DNA of 33,533 bases from a virus. Taxonomy: Duplodnaviria > Caudoviricetes. Positions 7,959 to 15,834 of the stretch are shown here, piece by piece. Below the pieces are notes generated by a model. The model had not been told where the DNA came from, did no database searches, and saw nothing but the letters and a program-made list of their open reading frames with translations. The stretch lies in the IMG/VR virus record IMGVR_UViG_3300025838_000091, positions 1 through 33,533 of that record; one strand, given 5' to 3'. The first letter of the stretch is position 1. Every line of letters begins with the position of its first letter. The position numbers and the translations under genes are program-made.

Positions 7959-8159
7959 GGGGAGTTGTTGTGGGGAAATTACGGGGAGTTGAGTGTAGAT
8001 TAGATTGTATTTTTAGGTCAATTTAATCTAACCGATTGCCTGAGACGCTACTAAATACGTCGTTTGGTCAAATTTGATTTTACTTTTGGTGCCTCCGGCG
8101 AGAATCGACAGCCCCGATTTTATTGGCTCTTAGGCCGAATGGGGAAATTTTGGGGAGTG
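7958..8159. other. attP: tRNA-3'-end core flanked by arm-type direct repeats
   Basis: Core 8087-8108 reads TCGATTCTCGCCGGAGGCACCA on the minus strand (T-loop half, T-stem, acceptor strand, CCA). Repeats TGGGGAAATT-N-YGGGGAGT at 7971-7989 and 8140-8158, plus TGGGGAGTT at 7958-7966. Confidence 0.8.
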
Positions 8160-8426
8160 TCAATCAAATCCAGCCAGCCGATCGATTTCCAAAATGGGAA
8201 TCATGCCCACCGAATTCAAGCGAATTGAGCCGTCCCTGACTCGTCGAGAAACTGTTGTTTCGCACAAACCCAACATTTCAGCGGCCTGCTTTTGCGTGAC
8301 GCATACCGGCCTTGGTTGACCTGTTTTAGGGAATTTTCGGATAGCCTCGGCAACAGTTTGACGCGCCACGTTCTCAAGCATTTCGTTCAGCTCATCTTTG
8401 CTCAAAGTAACGACTTGATTCATCAA
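8160..8426 (-). CDS. Excisionase-like HTH DNA-binding protein
   Basis: VTQKQAAEMLGLCETTVSRRVRDG (HTH_17/MerR-like); last gene of the left operon, abutting attP. Confidence 0.75.
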   Translation of the reverse strand: MMNQVVTLSKDELNEMLENVARQTVAEAIRKFPKTGQPRPVCVTQKQAAEMLGLCETTVSRRVRDGSIRLNSVGMIPILEIDRLAGFD

Positions 8427-8704
8427 AAATCCTTTAGCGCATAGTTGAGGAAATCGCGGAGCTGCTTGGCTTCATTAATTTCCAAATAGCAACCAAACAC
8501 ATGATCAACGTAAGAGATAGTGTTTATTTTTACTTCATCGTCATCTTTGTGCTTTTTGACTTGGATTAGCAGAGCCTCGTCATCATCAGCATGCAACCCA
8601 ATACGAAACTTTAGGCCGCACTCGGAACGAAGATAAGGGTGAGGTTCGTCAGACGAAATCTCTTCATGGTTCGTTGTATCAAAAGAAATTGCAGAATAAC
8701 TCAT
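8423..8704 (-). CDS. Hypothetical acidic protein
   Basis: 93-aa ORF with ATGA coupling at both ends. Confidence 0.6.
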   Translation of the reverse strand: MSYSAISFDTTNHEEISSDEPHPYLRSECGLKFRIGLHADDDEALLIQVKKHKDDDEVKINTISYVDHVFGCYLEINEAKQLRDFLNYALKDF

Positions 8705-8973
8705 GTGTTTTTCTCCTTGAGCTTGGCTTCGATTGCACGAGCGATTACATAGATATAGTCATCAGCCGTTTGCATGTCCTCAAATGGCGCACTATTGGCG
8801 GCGTTAATTATTTCGACATCCGTCAACCCTACCCATTGACACTTTAAGTTTCGATATGCCTGACTGTATTTACTGTTACCAGTGGTAATAAATTCGTGAC
8901 AAGGGGCGCACAAAGAACCAAAAAACACACCTTGATGATCTTTGTTGGTGCAGTTCTTAACGATACATTTCAT
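8701..8973 (-). CDS. Hypothetical protein (Cys-rich N-terminus, 'WVGLT..EI...ARAIEAKLKEKN' module)
   Basis: Coupled ORF; the C-terminal module is typical of phage early genes. Confidence 0.65.
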   Translation of the reverse strand: MKCIVKNCTNKDHQGVFFGSLCAPCHEFITTGNSKYSQAYRNLKCQWVGLTDVEIINAANSAPFEDMQTADDYIYVIARAIEAKLKEKNT

Positions 8974-9341
8974 GCGTTTAACTCCTTGATCTTGGCCTGA
9001 ACAAGTGCACCAAAAAACAATACGCCTTCAGACTCCGTAAATTTGTTTTTATCGACCTCGTGAATCGTTAATTTGAGCAATTCTTTAAATTGGTCAACTG
9101 ATAAATCAATCCATTCTTTGCGCGAGTTTTCTTTTGGCTTGGATAATTCAATCGCCGCATTTTGCATTTGAAAAAGACAATCTTTGAGGCGCTTTATTTC
9201 TGCTTCAAAGTCTGGCTCAGTTTTCGGCTCAGGCTTGGCTAGCTTTGCCTCATACTCAGCGCGAGTAATAACGATACGGTCAACCTCAACGAAATTGCCT
9301 GATTTGAATTTATCGTGAATCAACTGGGATAGTGTGCTCAT
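8970..9341 (-). CDS. Hypothetical protein (same C-terminal module family)
   Basis: Coupled ORF ending WIDLS...QAKIKELNA. Confidence 0.65.
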   Translation of the reverse strand: MSTLSQLIHDKFKSGNFVEVDRIVITRAEYEAKLAKPEPKTEPDFEAEIKRLKDCLFQMQNAAIELSKPKENSRKEWIDLSVDQFKELLKLTIHEVDKNKFTESEGVLFFGALVQAKIKELNA

Positions 9342-9706
9342 GCTGTCATCCCCTTACCAATCTCAGCGGCGCACCTAACGATTGCTCGGCGGGTTGCACT
9401 GTATGGGTCGTTACTTACACGTTCAACCTTATACTTTTGTCGGTAATTGTCTTTGACGTCAAAGTATCCGGCATATATGGCTACGCCGTCGTCCTCCCCC
9501 GTGTAAAAGTCAATACTTAACTTCACCGCCAGCCGCAACGCATCGCCGTCATCGGTTAGTGGATTCCATAATTCAGTCCAACAGTGGTCGTTTGGCGGTG
9601 AACCGACAGATTCATAATAAAACCAATTGCCGCTCTCAAAACGACCTTGATCGAACGGTTGCCCTGCCGCCTTAGCCGCATACTCTAATAGTTCTTGGTC
9701 AGTCAT
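9338..9706 (-). CDS. Conserved phage hypothetical protein
   Basis: MTDQELLEYAAKAAG...WNPLTDDGDALRLAVKL...ATRRAIVRCAAEIG is a widespread phage family; ATGA coupling. Confidence 0.7.
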   Translation of the reverse strand: MTDQELLEYAAKAAGQPFDQGRFESGNWFYYESVGSPPNDHCWTELWNPLTDDGDALRLAVKLSIDFYTGEDDGVAIYAGYFDVKDNYRQKYKVERVSNDPYSATRRAIVRCAAEIGKGMTA

Positions 9707-10332
9707 TTCGTTACCCCAAAATTAAAAGCAATTAGCTGACAAAACAGGCGATATTGTTCCAGATATTCTTGGTTGTTTTTATGGGCTTCCTCAATAGCGT
9801 CTGAAAATTCTTTGACTGTCCCTGAAAAACATCCACAATTAACCCTAACGCCGATTTTTTTATCAATATGTGCAGTTGTAAATCGGCCAGATGATTTAGA
9901 AGGTCCAATTTGTAATATATCTGCGGATTTCAACACCTGAGCATCACCGGACACCCACGCATCACCGGACACCCACGCATTGCCGGACACCCAAGCATTG
10001 CCGGACACCCGAGCATCACCGGACACCCGAGCATTGCCGGACACCCGAGCATTATCGAACACCCGAGCATCACCGGACACCCAAGCATCACCGGACACCC
10101 ACGCATTGCCGGACACCCAAGCATTGCCGGACACCCGAGCATTATCGAACACCCGAGCATTATCGAACACCCACGCATTGCCGGACGTTGACAGGTTTTT
10201 TTCTGTTTCAATATACCCGCCTAAATCACCAGCAGCCACCGAAGAAATTGCAACTAAAGCACGTATTCGATAAAGTGTTTTATCTCCCAATTGTTTTGCA
10301 TCGTTTGCAAGCAATTCATATTTTTCGTTCAT
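9703..10332 (-). CDS. Hexapeptide-repeat (left-handed beta-helix-like) phage protein
   Basis: LYRIRAL..GDLGGYIE N-terminus, 14 x [SF][GD][ND]A[WRQ]V repeats, CGCF C-terminus. Confidence 0.8.
   Translation of the reverse strand: MNEKYELLANDAKQLGDKTLYRIRALVAISSVAAGDLGGYIETEKNLSTSGNAWVFDNARVFDNARVSGNAWVSGNAWVSGDAWVSGDARVFDNARVSGNARVSGDARVSGNAWVSGNAWVSGDAWVSGDAQVLKSADILQIGPSKSSGRFTTAHIDKKIGVRVNCGCFSGTVKEFSDAIEEAHKNNQEYLEQYRLFCQLIAFNFGVTK
9934..10185 (-). repeat. 14 x 18-bp coding tandem repeat
   Basis: Units such as GCATCACCGGACACCCAC / GCATTGCCGGACACCCGA on the plus strand. Confidence 0.9.
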
Positions 10333-10577
10333 TTCGTCACCTCGTCTAGTCTATATAAAGGTATTACATAAGTATTGGATGGGCAGTCTTGTACATATAA
10401 CTCAATGGAATCTTCCATCCATGCAACGGGCTCGCTTGGTTTGAGCGATTGAATCGTGGCAAGTGCCTTTACCCAATTTGACCAAGGTTGTTCTTTAAGC
10501 AATTTAGAATCTTTTATTTCTTGAAGCGCATCCTGAATCTGCTTGATCTGTTCCTCGCTGATTAGTGCGTATTTCAT
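10329..10577 (-). CDS. Hypothetical protein (PVAW module)
   Basis: ATG at 10577 with GGAGG RBS; EPVAWM...IPLY motif. Confidence 0.6.
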   Translation of the reverse strand: MKYALISEEQIKQIQDALQEIKDSKLLKEQPWSNWVKALATIQSLKPSEPVAWMEDSIELYVQDCPSNTYVIPLYRLDEVTK

Positions 10578-10618
10578 GGTTTCACCTCCGATATTGGCTA
10601 ACGATTCACGACAATCAA

Positions 10619-10933
10619 TCAACAGGTCACGAACGGCTTCATGTCGAGGGCGTAGAGCTTTGTGCCAATATGTTTATCCATACGAAAAGCATTACCTGAT
10701 CCGTCATGCATAAAAATTTGACCAGCTTCGTTTCGTGAAATTTCGCAAACAGGTTTCATATCTCGCAGCGCACGGGCGGCTTCGAGGGCTTGAGGCAATT
10801 TGCAACCGGGGTGGTGCCCTGAACCAAATTCAACTCCACAGCACGTATGGTAGGAATATGCATGCGGATCTGTTGCATACATTTTGCAGCTTTGTTCAAG
10901 TGCTTCAATAATCAAATCGAGTTTGTCTTTCAT
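10619..10933 (-). CDS. Hypothetical protein
   Basis: 104-aa ORF with a GAGG RBS in the left operon. Confidence 0.6.
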   Translation of the reverse strand: MKDKLDLIIEALEQSCKMYATDPHAYSYHTCCGVEFGSGHHPGCKLPQALEAARALRDMKPVCEISRNEAGQIFMHDGSGNAFRMDKHIGTKLYALDMKPFVTC

Positions 10934-10936
10934 GGC

Positions 10937-11257
10937 CTATTCCTCGATCTCAAGAGGCCATGCTTTGTTGCCGATGCGACTAGAGCCTGCGTAACGATTC
11001 GCTTCATCTTCTGTGTGGTAGATATAGCCATCAGTACTGTAATCTAGATTTATATTCAGCCACACGTTTCGTTTTTTGGGTGCCATGCGAAGGTCATCCG
11101 CCCATCGTGTGTAATACAACACGCCGCATCCCTGAATAACATATTCGCCAAGTCTATTAACGCCGATGAAATGGACAGCTTCTTTCAAGTGCATGTCGTA
11201 AACCGGATCGCCAGCTTTGGCGCGTTCTAGGTTAAAGGGCTTTAATGATTCGCTCAT
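10937..11257 (-). CDS. Hypothetical protein (KPFNLERAKAG family)
   Basis: 106-aa ORF with GAGG RBS; KPF.LE.A.AG.PV...DL.MAPKK is a common phage motif. Confidence 0.65.
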   Translation of the reverse strand: MSESLKPFNLERAKAGDPVYDMHLKEAVHFIGVNRLGEYVIQGCGVLYYTRWADDLRMAPKKRNVWLNINLDYSTDGYIYHTEDEANRYAGSSRIGNKAWPLEIEE

Positions 11258-11264
11258 TTCTTCC

Positions 11265-11525
11265 TCAACTCAAAAAGTTAAATTCTTTTAATCTGATCTT
11301 GGCGTGAAACTTGCCGATTCGAATATCGGCAAAATCACCCTGTACCGTCCAGCATCCCTGCATGCGTGAATAAAACGTATCTTGATAAGCGATAAACTTT
11401 GTCTTGGTCCTGCCGCATCTTGAATCGGTTAAAACAATTTTTACGCCTAGGTAATCGGCCTCACCGATCACCGCGGCGCTACAACTTCCAGATAACAAGA
11501 ACATCAATAAAAGTTTTTTCATCAT
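11265..11525 (-). CDS. Small exported protein
   Basis: Signal peptide MKKLLLMFLLSGSCSA|A; two further Cys in the mature part (C..., GCW). Confidence 0.6.
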   Translation of the reverse strand: MMKKLLLMFLLSGSCSAAVIGEADYLGVKIVLTDSRCGRTKTKFIAYQDTFYSRMQGCWTVQGDFADIRIGKFHAKIRLKEFNFLS

Positions 11526-11534
11526 TCAACTAGG

Positions 11535-11666
11535 TTGTGAGCCGCCTCGCATAAAGCAGCGTTTGTTACCCAAGGAGACAAAATCTTTAGGCGGCTAAGA
11601 CCTGTTGCGGCTCACATGAAAATGTCTCAATACTTTCATGTAAGCCCTCGGACTTTCACCGAGGCT
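11535..11666 (-). ncRNA. Candidate structured non-coding RNA in the early-left operon
   Basis: Three stems on the minus strand: CTCGG-TGAAAGT-CCGAG, CTTACATGAAAG...TTTTCATGTGAG, and AGCCGCCT...AGGCGGCT enclosing UUUUGUCUCCUUG. Confidence 0.4.
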
Positions 11667-11704
11667 GCGGATTTGATCGCTGGTAACGCTATGCAATAAC
11701 TCTG

Positions 11705-11824
11705 CTAAATTTCTTTGTCATGAAACCTCGAATCGCTCACATGATCTTCTCCTTCAAATTTCGCGCCGTAAATAGCGAGACGACGCACTCCTTCAAATAC
11801 GACTGCAAAGACTAAAGGGGTCAT
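11705..11824 (-). CDS. Possible 39-aa hypothetical protein
   Basis: ATG at 11824 overlapping the end of the upstream gene (MTPLVFAVVFEG...DKEI). Confidence 0.25.
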   Translation of the reverse strand: MTPLVFAVVFEGVRRLAIYGAKFEGEDHVSDSRFHDKEI

Positions 11825-12092
11825 GCGCTCGGATAAGAAAATCGACCGAGACTTTTTCAACCGGTTCGGCTGCCTTTTTGACAGGCTCAACACTTGCACC
11901 AGTCGCTTGGAAATAAACGATTTGGGCTCGCTTAGATCCAACTACCCACCGACGCAACAGGCCTAATTCGATCATCTGCTTTTTTTGTAAATCAATCGAT
12001 TTTCTGAGCACGCCAATATGCTCTGCTATCTGGTGAGCGGTTCTTGGTTGTTCGCAAAACTTCAATATCTTGTCGCGTTGGCTTGGTCTCAT
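11793..12092 (-). CDS. Winged-helix DNA-binding protein
   Basis: ILKFCEQPRTAHQIAEHIGV...MIELGLL wHTH pattern; GAGG RBS. Confidence 0.65.
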   Translation of the reverse strand: MRPSQRDKILKFCEQPRTAHQIAEHIGVLRKSIDLQKKQMIELGLLRRWVVGSKRAQIVYFQATGASVEPVKKAAEPVEKVSVDFLIRAHDPFSLCSRI

Positions 12093-12170
12093 GTTGGCCT
12101 CGGTTAACGTTGACTGGGAACTTTGCTTAAACTGTTGGCAGTGGCTTTGTTTAAAATATTTGCCCGCTTT

Positions 12171-12368
12171 TTATTTCGAGTTTCCCGACGAGAGCAGCGC
12201 CTCTAATGCGGCTGCGTCCCACAAAAGGCGGCGATTCGGCAGCTTTATGGGGCGTAGCCCTAGGTAGTGCCCATCGCGACAAAGTGCGGCGCGAATTGTC
12301 TGAGGCTTGATTTTCAGGTGCTCGGCTAACACCTCGGTTGATAAACGTGTTTGCATTTCATGCTCCAA
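12171..12368 (-). CDS. Small HTH DNA-binding protein (AlpA/Xis-like)
   Basis: LSTEVLAEHLKIKPQTIRAALCRDGHYLGLRPIKLPNRRLLW; start probably the ATG at 12362 or 12356. Confidence 0.7.
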   Translation of the reverse strand: MEHEMQTRLSTEVLAEHLKIKPQTIRAALCRDGHYLGLRPIKLPNRRLLWDAAALEALLSSGNSK

Positions 12369-12406
12369 TAAAATTAAAATAAATTACGTGCGATCTTTCT
12401 AAATTA

Positions 12407-13018
12407 TTAAATTGATAATCTGCGGACCGCGCGAGCGCGCCACTCAGCGGACTTGATGTCGCTGCTCTGGTAGCCATCGCCGAAACCCTGATACCAAGCG
12501 TCGTAGGAGTTCGAAGCGTGCTGCGTAGACGACCAGTAGCACCCCTCTTCAAAAGCCTCGCTACCGCCCGTCTGAAAAACCTTGGCAGGCGTTTGAACTG
12601 GCAACTCAGGCGCGTAAGGTCGAGTTGGGTTGACGGCTGAAAGATTAATACCTGACCGAGCCCAGCAAGAATTTTTCCAAGTGCCGGGTTTCAAGTTCCG
12701 GTACAAGATTTCAAGTTCGTCTTGCGACGGCAAATACCAATCACTAGTCTCACCAATCGTTAAATCAAGCGCCCATTGAGCCAGCTTGCTACCAGCTTCT
12801 GCCATGGCTTGCGTATTTGCCACCCCGTCGAAGTAAGATTTTGCGCCAGTTACATCTTTGTTCCGACCGTTCCACTTCTTTCCTAAGCACTCGCCCAACG
12901 ACTTGGGAGCGACGATCAAAGCAAAAATTTGTTGATCAATCAAAATACGGCCGGCATAGAATCCGCCTCCCATCGAGGTGCCCAAAATGGGTGCGATTTC
13001 TGTTGTTGATGATTTCAT
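12407..13018 (-). CDS. DUF1566 (Lcl C-terminal / C-type-lectin-fold) protein with DGR-like variable C-terminus
   Basis: GGGFYAG, DWYLPSQDELE, YWSSTQ, AW.Q.F..G.Q and RARAVRR motifs; ATG at 13018 with AAGGA RBS. Confidence 0.8.
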   Translation of the reverse strand: MKSSTTEIAPILGTSMGGGFYAGRILIDQQIFALIVAPKSLGECLGKKWNGRNKDVTGAKSYFDGVANTQAMAEAGSKLAQWALDLTIGETSDWYLPSQDELEILYRNLKPGTWKNSCWARSGINLSAVNPTRPYAPELPVQTPAKVFQTGGSEAFEEGCYWSSTQHASNSYDAWYQGFGDGYQSSDIKSAEWRARAVRRLSI

Positions 13019-13040
13019 ATAAATTCCTTTTGTTACTTTG

Positions 13041-13793
13041 TTAAAAGTCAATGTCCGTTAAGACTGGTGCATGGCTAAACGTCATGCGTCGATAAACCTC
13101 TCGGCAGCGATCAACGTCACCGCCGCAATACGTGGCAACATCGGCAACTCGCCCGGCCAAAACAAAGTCGTAAACTTTGCTGCCATCAATCTCGTCGCCA
13201 ATCTCTGAACCCTTGGTGGCGATTCCAAGAATTCTGCAAAGTTTGTCCAGGCTGACCATCTTCCCGACACCCGCCCATTGAGTCATCGTGTCGTAAACGT
13301 CCTCCCCCCATGGCTTGGCGTTAAACGGAATAATTGCTGGCGGTTCGATGCCAAGCAAAATTGACCGATGAAAAATAAACCTAAGGTCAAAGCCAACAAT
13401 GTTGTGACCAACAAAGACGGGCGGCCTATTTGACGTTGTGTTGTATGAGTCTTTGATAATTGAAAACAAGTCAGTCAGAATTTTTGGTTCCGCGCTTTTC
13501 CAATCTTCGCTATATAGGTTGATCGGCGCATCGTCACCAATAGCGATCGATGCAGAAACAATCTGCCCATACGCACCGTCAAACGATGTTTTGCGGTGGC
13601 GCTCGTCGATTGCGGCATCTATTTCTGCCATTTTTTCTTCGACATACGAATTGATCTTTTCTTGATCTTTGTAATTGCCCGGTGCCTTGATTGCGGCCTT
13701 TTGAACTGCGGCATCCGCCTGCAGCGCACTCATTACACTTGGGTGCTGTCCGGGGATCGTTTCAATATCTAAAAAATATGGGATTCGTTTCAT
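13041..13793 (-). CDS. DEDD 3'-5' exonuclease (PolB-exo/DnaQ-like)
   Basis: LDIET, GHNIVGFD and YC..DV motifs; coupled to RecT. Confidence 0.85.
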   Translation of the reverse strand: MKRIPYFLDIETIPGQHPSVMSALQADAAVQKAAIKAPGNYKDQEKINSYVEEKMAEIDAAIDERHRKTSFDGAYGQIVSASIAIGDDAPINLYSEDWKSAEPKILTDLFSIIKDSYNTTSNRPPVFVGHNIVGFDLRFIFHRSILLGIEPPAIIPFNAKPWGEDVYDTMTQWAGVGKMVSLDKLCRILGIATKGSEIGDEIDGSKVYDFVLAGRVADVATYCGGDVDRCREVYRRMTFSHAPVLTDIDF

Positions 13794-14731
13794 GCGGCTA
13801 CCTTTTCGCGTTTTGCTTCTAAATTTTTAATGATGCTTTCGTAGGCTAATTTCGGAATAAAACTCAGCGCGCTAACTTTGTATGCCGCTGTGATTTTTGA
13901 AATTGGGCAATCAACCTCTTGCGCAAGCGCTTCGATTTCATCAATGTCTTTTTGATTAAGCATCGGTTGATTTTGAGTGGCCGGAGCTGGTGCCTGATCA
14001 CGTTGTTCGATAATCGTTGGCTCGTTGACCAGTTCAGCAAGGCCCTCGTCGCTGTCGGTGTTGAGCAAGTGAATCGCTTTTTCAAGTCGGTCAACTTTCG
14101 GCCAATATTTGTATGCCTGTTTAATCACCGTTTTGCGGATCATTTCGATTTCGTCAGTCACCCAAGGGCAAGTCACCTTTTTTGCCAAATAAGCGCGATA
14201 TGCCGATGATCGATCTCGTATGTCATAGATGGCCTTGATTGGCACAGCGTGACTCAAGTAATCACCGTCGGCGGTTTTAACAACTGCATAACAACCGACA
14301 ATCTCTCCGCGATCCGTTGCAAAAGGGTTGTATTGATGCGTAGGCTGGCGATCAATCCCGTTTAGAGAAAACGTATCAGCCTCTCGAACTATCGCGGCCT
14401 GTGCCCATTTAATCGATCCTGTCGCGGTTGCGAGATCAATAAGCCCCATGTAACTAATGTCAAGGCAGATTTTTTTATCTCGCGGCACCAGATACGCTTG
14501 CCTCTTTGCTGGTGACAAACTCAGTCCAATCGCTGAAACATTGCTGACTGCATTGATCACACTTTGCTTATTGCTCATGGCAATCCCAATCGCGTAATCA
14601 GATTGGGTAAGCTGCTGCAGAGCAAATACAGACTCACGCTCAAAGTTGATCGATTCATCGACCGAGCGCTGTTTGAAGTCTGCTTCAACAGACATGATTG
14701 TCTGTTCGATCATTTGAAGCGCATTACTCAT
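13790..14731 (-). CDS. recT: RecT-family single-strand annealing recombinase
   Basis: GLSLSPAKRQAYLVP, ISYMGLIDLA, PWVTD..EM.RKTVIKQAYKYWP. Confidence 0.88.
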   Translation of the reverse strand: MSNALQMIEQTIMSVEADFKQRSVDESINFERESVFALQQLTQSDYAIGIAMSNKQSVINAVSNVSAIGLSLSPAKRQAYLVPRDKKICLDISYMGLIDLATATGSIKWAQAAIVREADTFSLNGIDRQPTHQYNPFATDRGEIVGCYAVVKTADGDYLSHAVPIKAIYDIRDRSSAYRAYLAKKVTCPWVTDEIEMIRKTVIKQAYKYWPKVDRLEKAIHLLNTDSDEGLAELVNEPTIIEQRDQAPAPATQNQPMLNQKDIDEIEALAQEVDCPISKITAAYKVSALSFIPKLAYESIIKNLEAKREKVAA

Positions 14732-14749
14732 GCTTTTAATCTCCGTTGA

Positions 14750-15094
14750 TTAGTAATCACATGTCGGGCAACCAGACCCGAAACATTTTTGACAGCCGTT
14801 GTCGATAATCTGAATGGCTTGGCAAATGGCTTTTTGCTTCCAGTAAAAAATCACTTGCACGGCTAGACTCACGCCAGCGCCGTGAAAATCGTTTGCTTTG
14901 AGCTGCGCGGCCAATTTGTCCTTGTCGATTTCGCACATTGCGTCAGACAAGTTGGCCAAGTCGAATGGGTAATGAGGCTCGCCGGCTGCCATAAGTTCAC
15001 GAGCCTTTGCGTCGATTGCGTCGTGATAAGCGTCGGCATCACCTTGCGAGGCTTTGTAAACGGTAAGGTCTTGAGTGACTGAACAGGTATTCAT
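14750..15094 (-). CDS. Hypothetical protein with C-terminal CxxCxGxGCxxC motif
   Basis: ATG at 15094 (TGATG overlap, GAGG RBS); ends CQKCFGSGCPTCDY. Confidence 0.6.
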   Translation of the reverse strand: MNTCSVTQDLTVYKASQGDADAYHDAIDAKARELMAAGEPHYPFDLANLSDAMCEIDKDKLAAQLKANDFHGAGVSLAVQVIFYWKQKAICQAIQIIDNGCQKCFGSGCPTCDY

Positions 15095-15279
15095 CAGAAA
15101 TACCTCGCGCCAATAAAGAACAGCGCAAACCAATAAGCTACAAACAAGGCGGCCAGCAACCATGAGTAGGGTGAAATGCGTTGCGCTTGTTTAGGCTGGC
15201 AGTAGTGGCCACGATCCCAGCTGGATTGCCGAGTAAAGCGGCTTGTCCAGTTTGATCCTGTGTAAGTTGATTGCTTCAT
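15094..15279 (-). CDS. Small membrane protein, first gene of the pL operon
   Basis: GGAG RBS; C-terminal TM helix. Confidence 0.55.
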   Translation of the reverse strand: MKQSTYTGSNWTSRFTRQSSWDRGHYCQPKQAQRISPYSWLLAALFVAYWFALFFIGARYF

Positions 15280-15309
15280 TTCGATTATCTCCGTGAGTAG
15301 ATAACCAAG

Positions 15310-15367
15310 ATGTTACCCAAAGGTAACGGTTTACACAATACCCAAAGGTAACTATTTTTGTAGGTAC
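15310..15367 (-). promoter_or_regulatory. pL promoter with OL operators
   Basis: TTGTGT (15338-15333), 17 bp, TAACAT (15315-15310). Operators TTACC-CAAA-GGTAA 15313-15326, ATACC-CAAA-GGTAA 15338-15351 and a degenerate copy at 15354-15367. Confidence 0.75.
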
Positions 15368-15469
15368 TTTCCCTTATGTTGTTTTTTTTAGTGAAATTGG
15401 GTGTTTAATCGCTGAAAAAGCGCGGCCATTGCGGTCGACTATTAGCAAATAATTTTTTAAATCGAGCTC

Positions 15470-15832
15470 GTGATGAATGAAGATGCAAAGCTTTTAGATG
15501 CCCAGCGCAAGCGCTTGCAAGCCTCGCATGATCATGCGATTTACATGGCCACACATAAGGGCAAAGCGATTATTGCGCCTCAAAGTAACGTGACTTACAC
15601 GGCGTTTTCGATGTTGATTTGCGGAGTTGGCGTCACACGATTAACGTGGCGTTTTATTCATTCTTTGCATTGGAATGATTTGTATACTTGGCTGGTTTTT
15701 GCTGTCGTGTTTGTTGTGGGCGCGTTTCTTGGATTGTGCTTGGTGTCGTTGGTTTTTTGCGTGGACGACAGTTTGGATTTGAGCGTGCGTTACTTTGATC
15801 CAGACTGGCAGTCGACTCGTAGCAAGCAATAA
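15470..15832 (+). CDS. Two-TM membrane protein in immunity region
   Basis: 120-aa ORF with two hydrophobic segments, convergent with cI. Confidence 0.5.
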   Translation: MMNEDAKLLDAQRKRLQASHDHAIYMATHKGKAIIAPQSNVTYTAFSMLICGVGVTRLTWRFIHSLHWNDLYTWLVFAVVFVVGAFLGLCLVSLVFCVDDSLDLSVRYFDPDWQSTRSKQ

Positions 15833-15834
15833 TT

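Noticed and set aside
8087-8108. Possible tRNA gene
   Set aside because: Only the 3' 22 nt are present, with no D or anticodon arm, so it is treated as the att core.
9934-10185. Regular repeats resembling a CRISPR array, with long ORFs in alternative frames (9930-10211, 9980-10273)
   Set aside because: These are contiguous 18-bp units without unique spacers. They encode the hexapeptide repeat, and the alternative ORFs are shadows of the repeat.
11564-11578. GTTACCCAAGG resembling a CI operator
   Set aside because: Only the left half-site matches; the GGTAA right half is absent.
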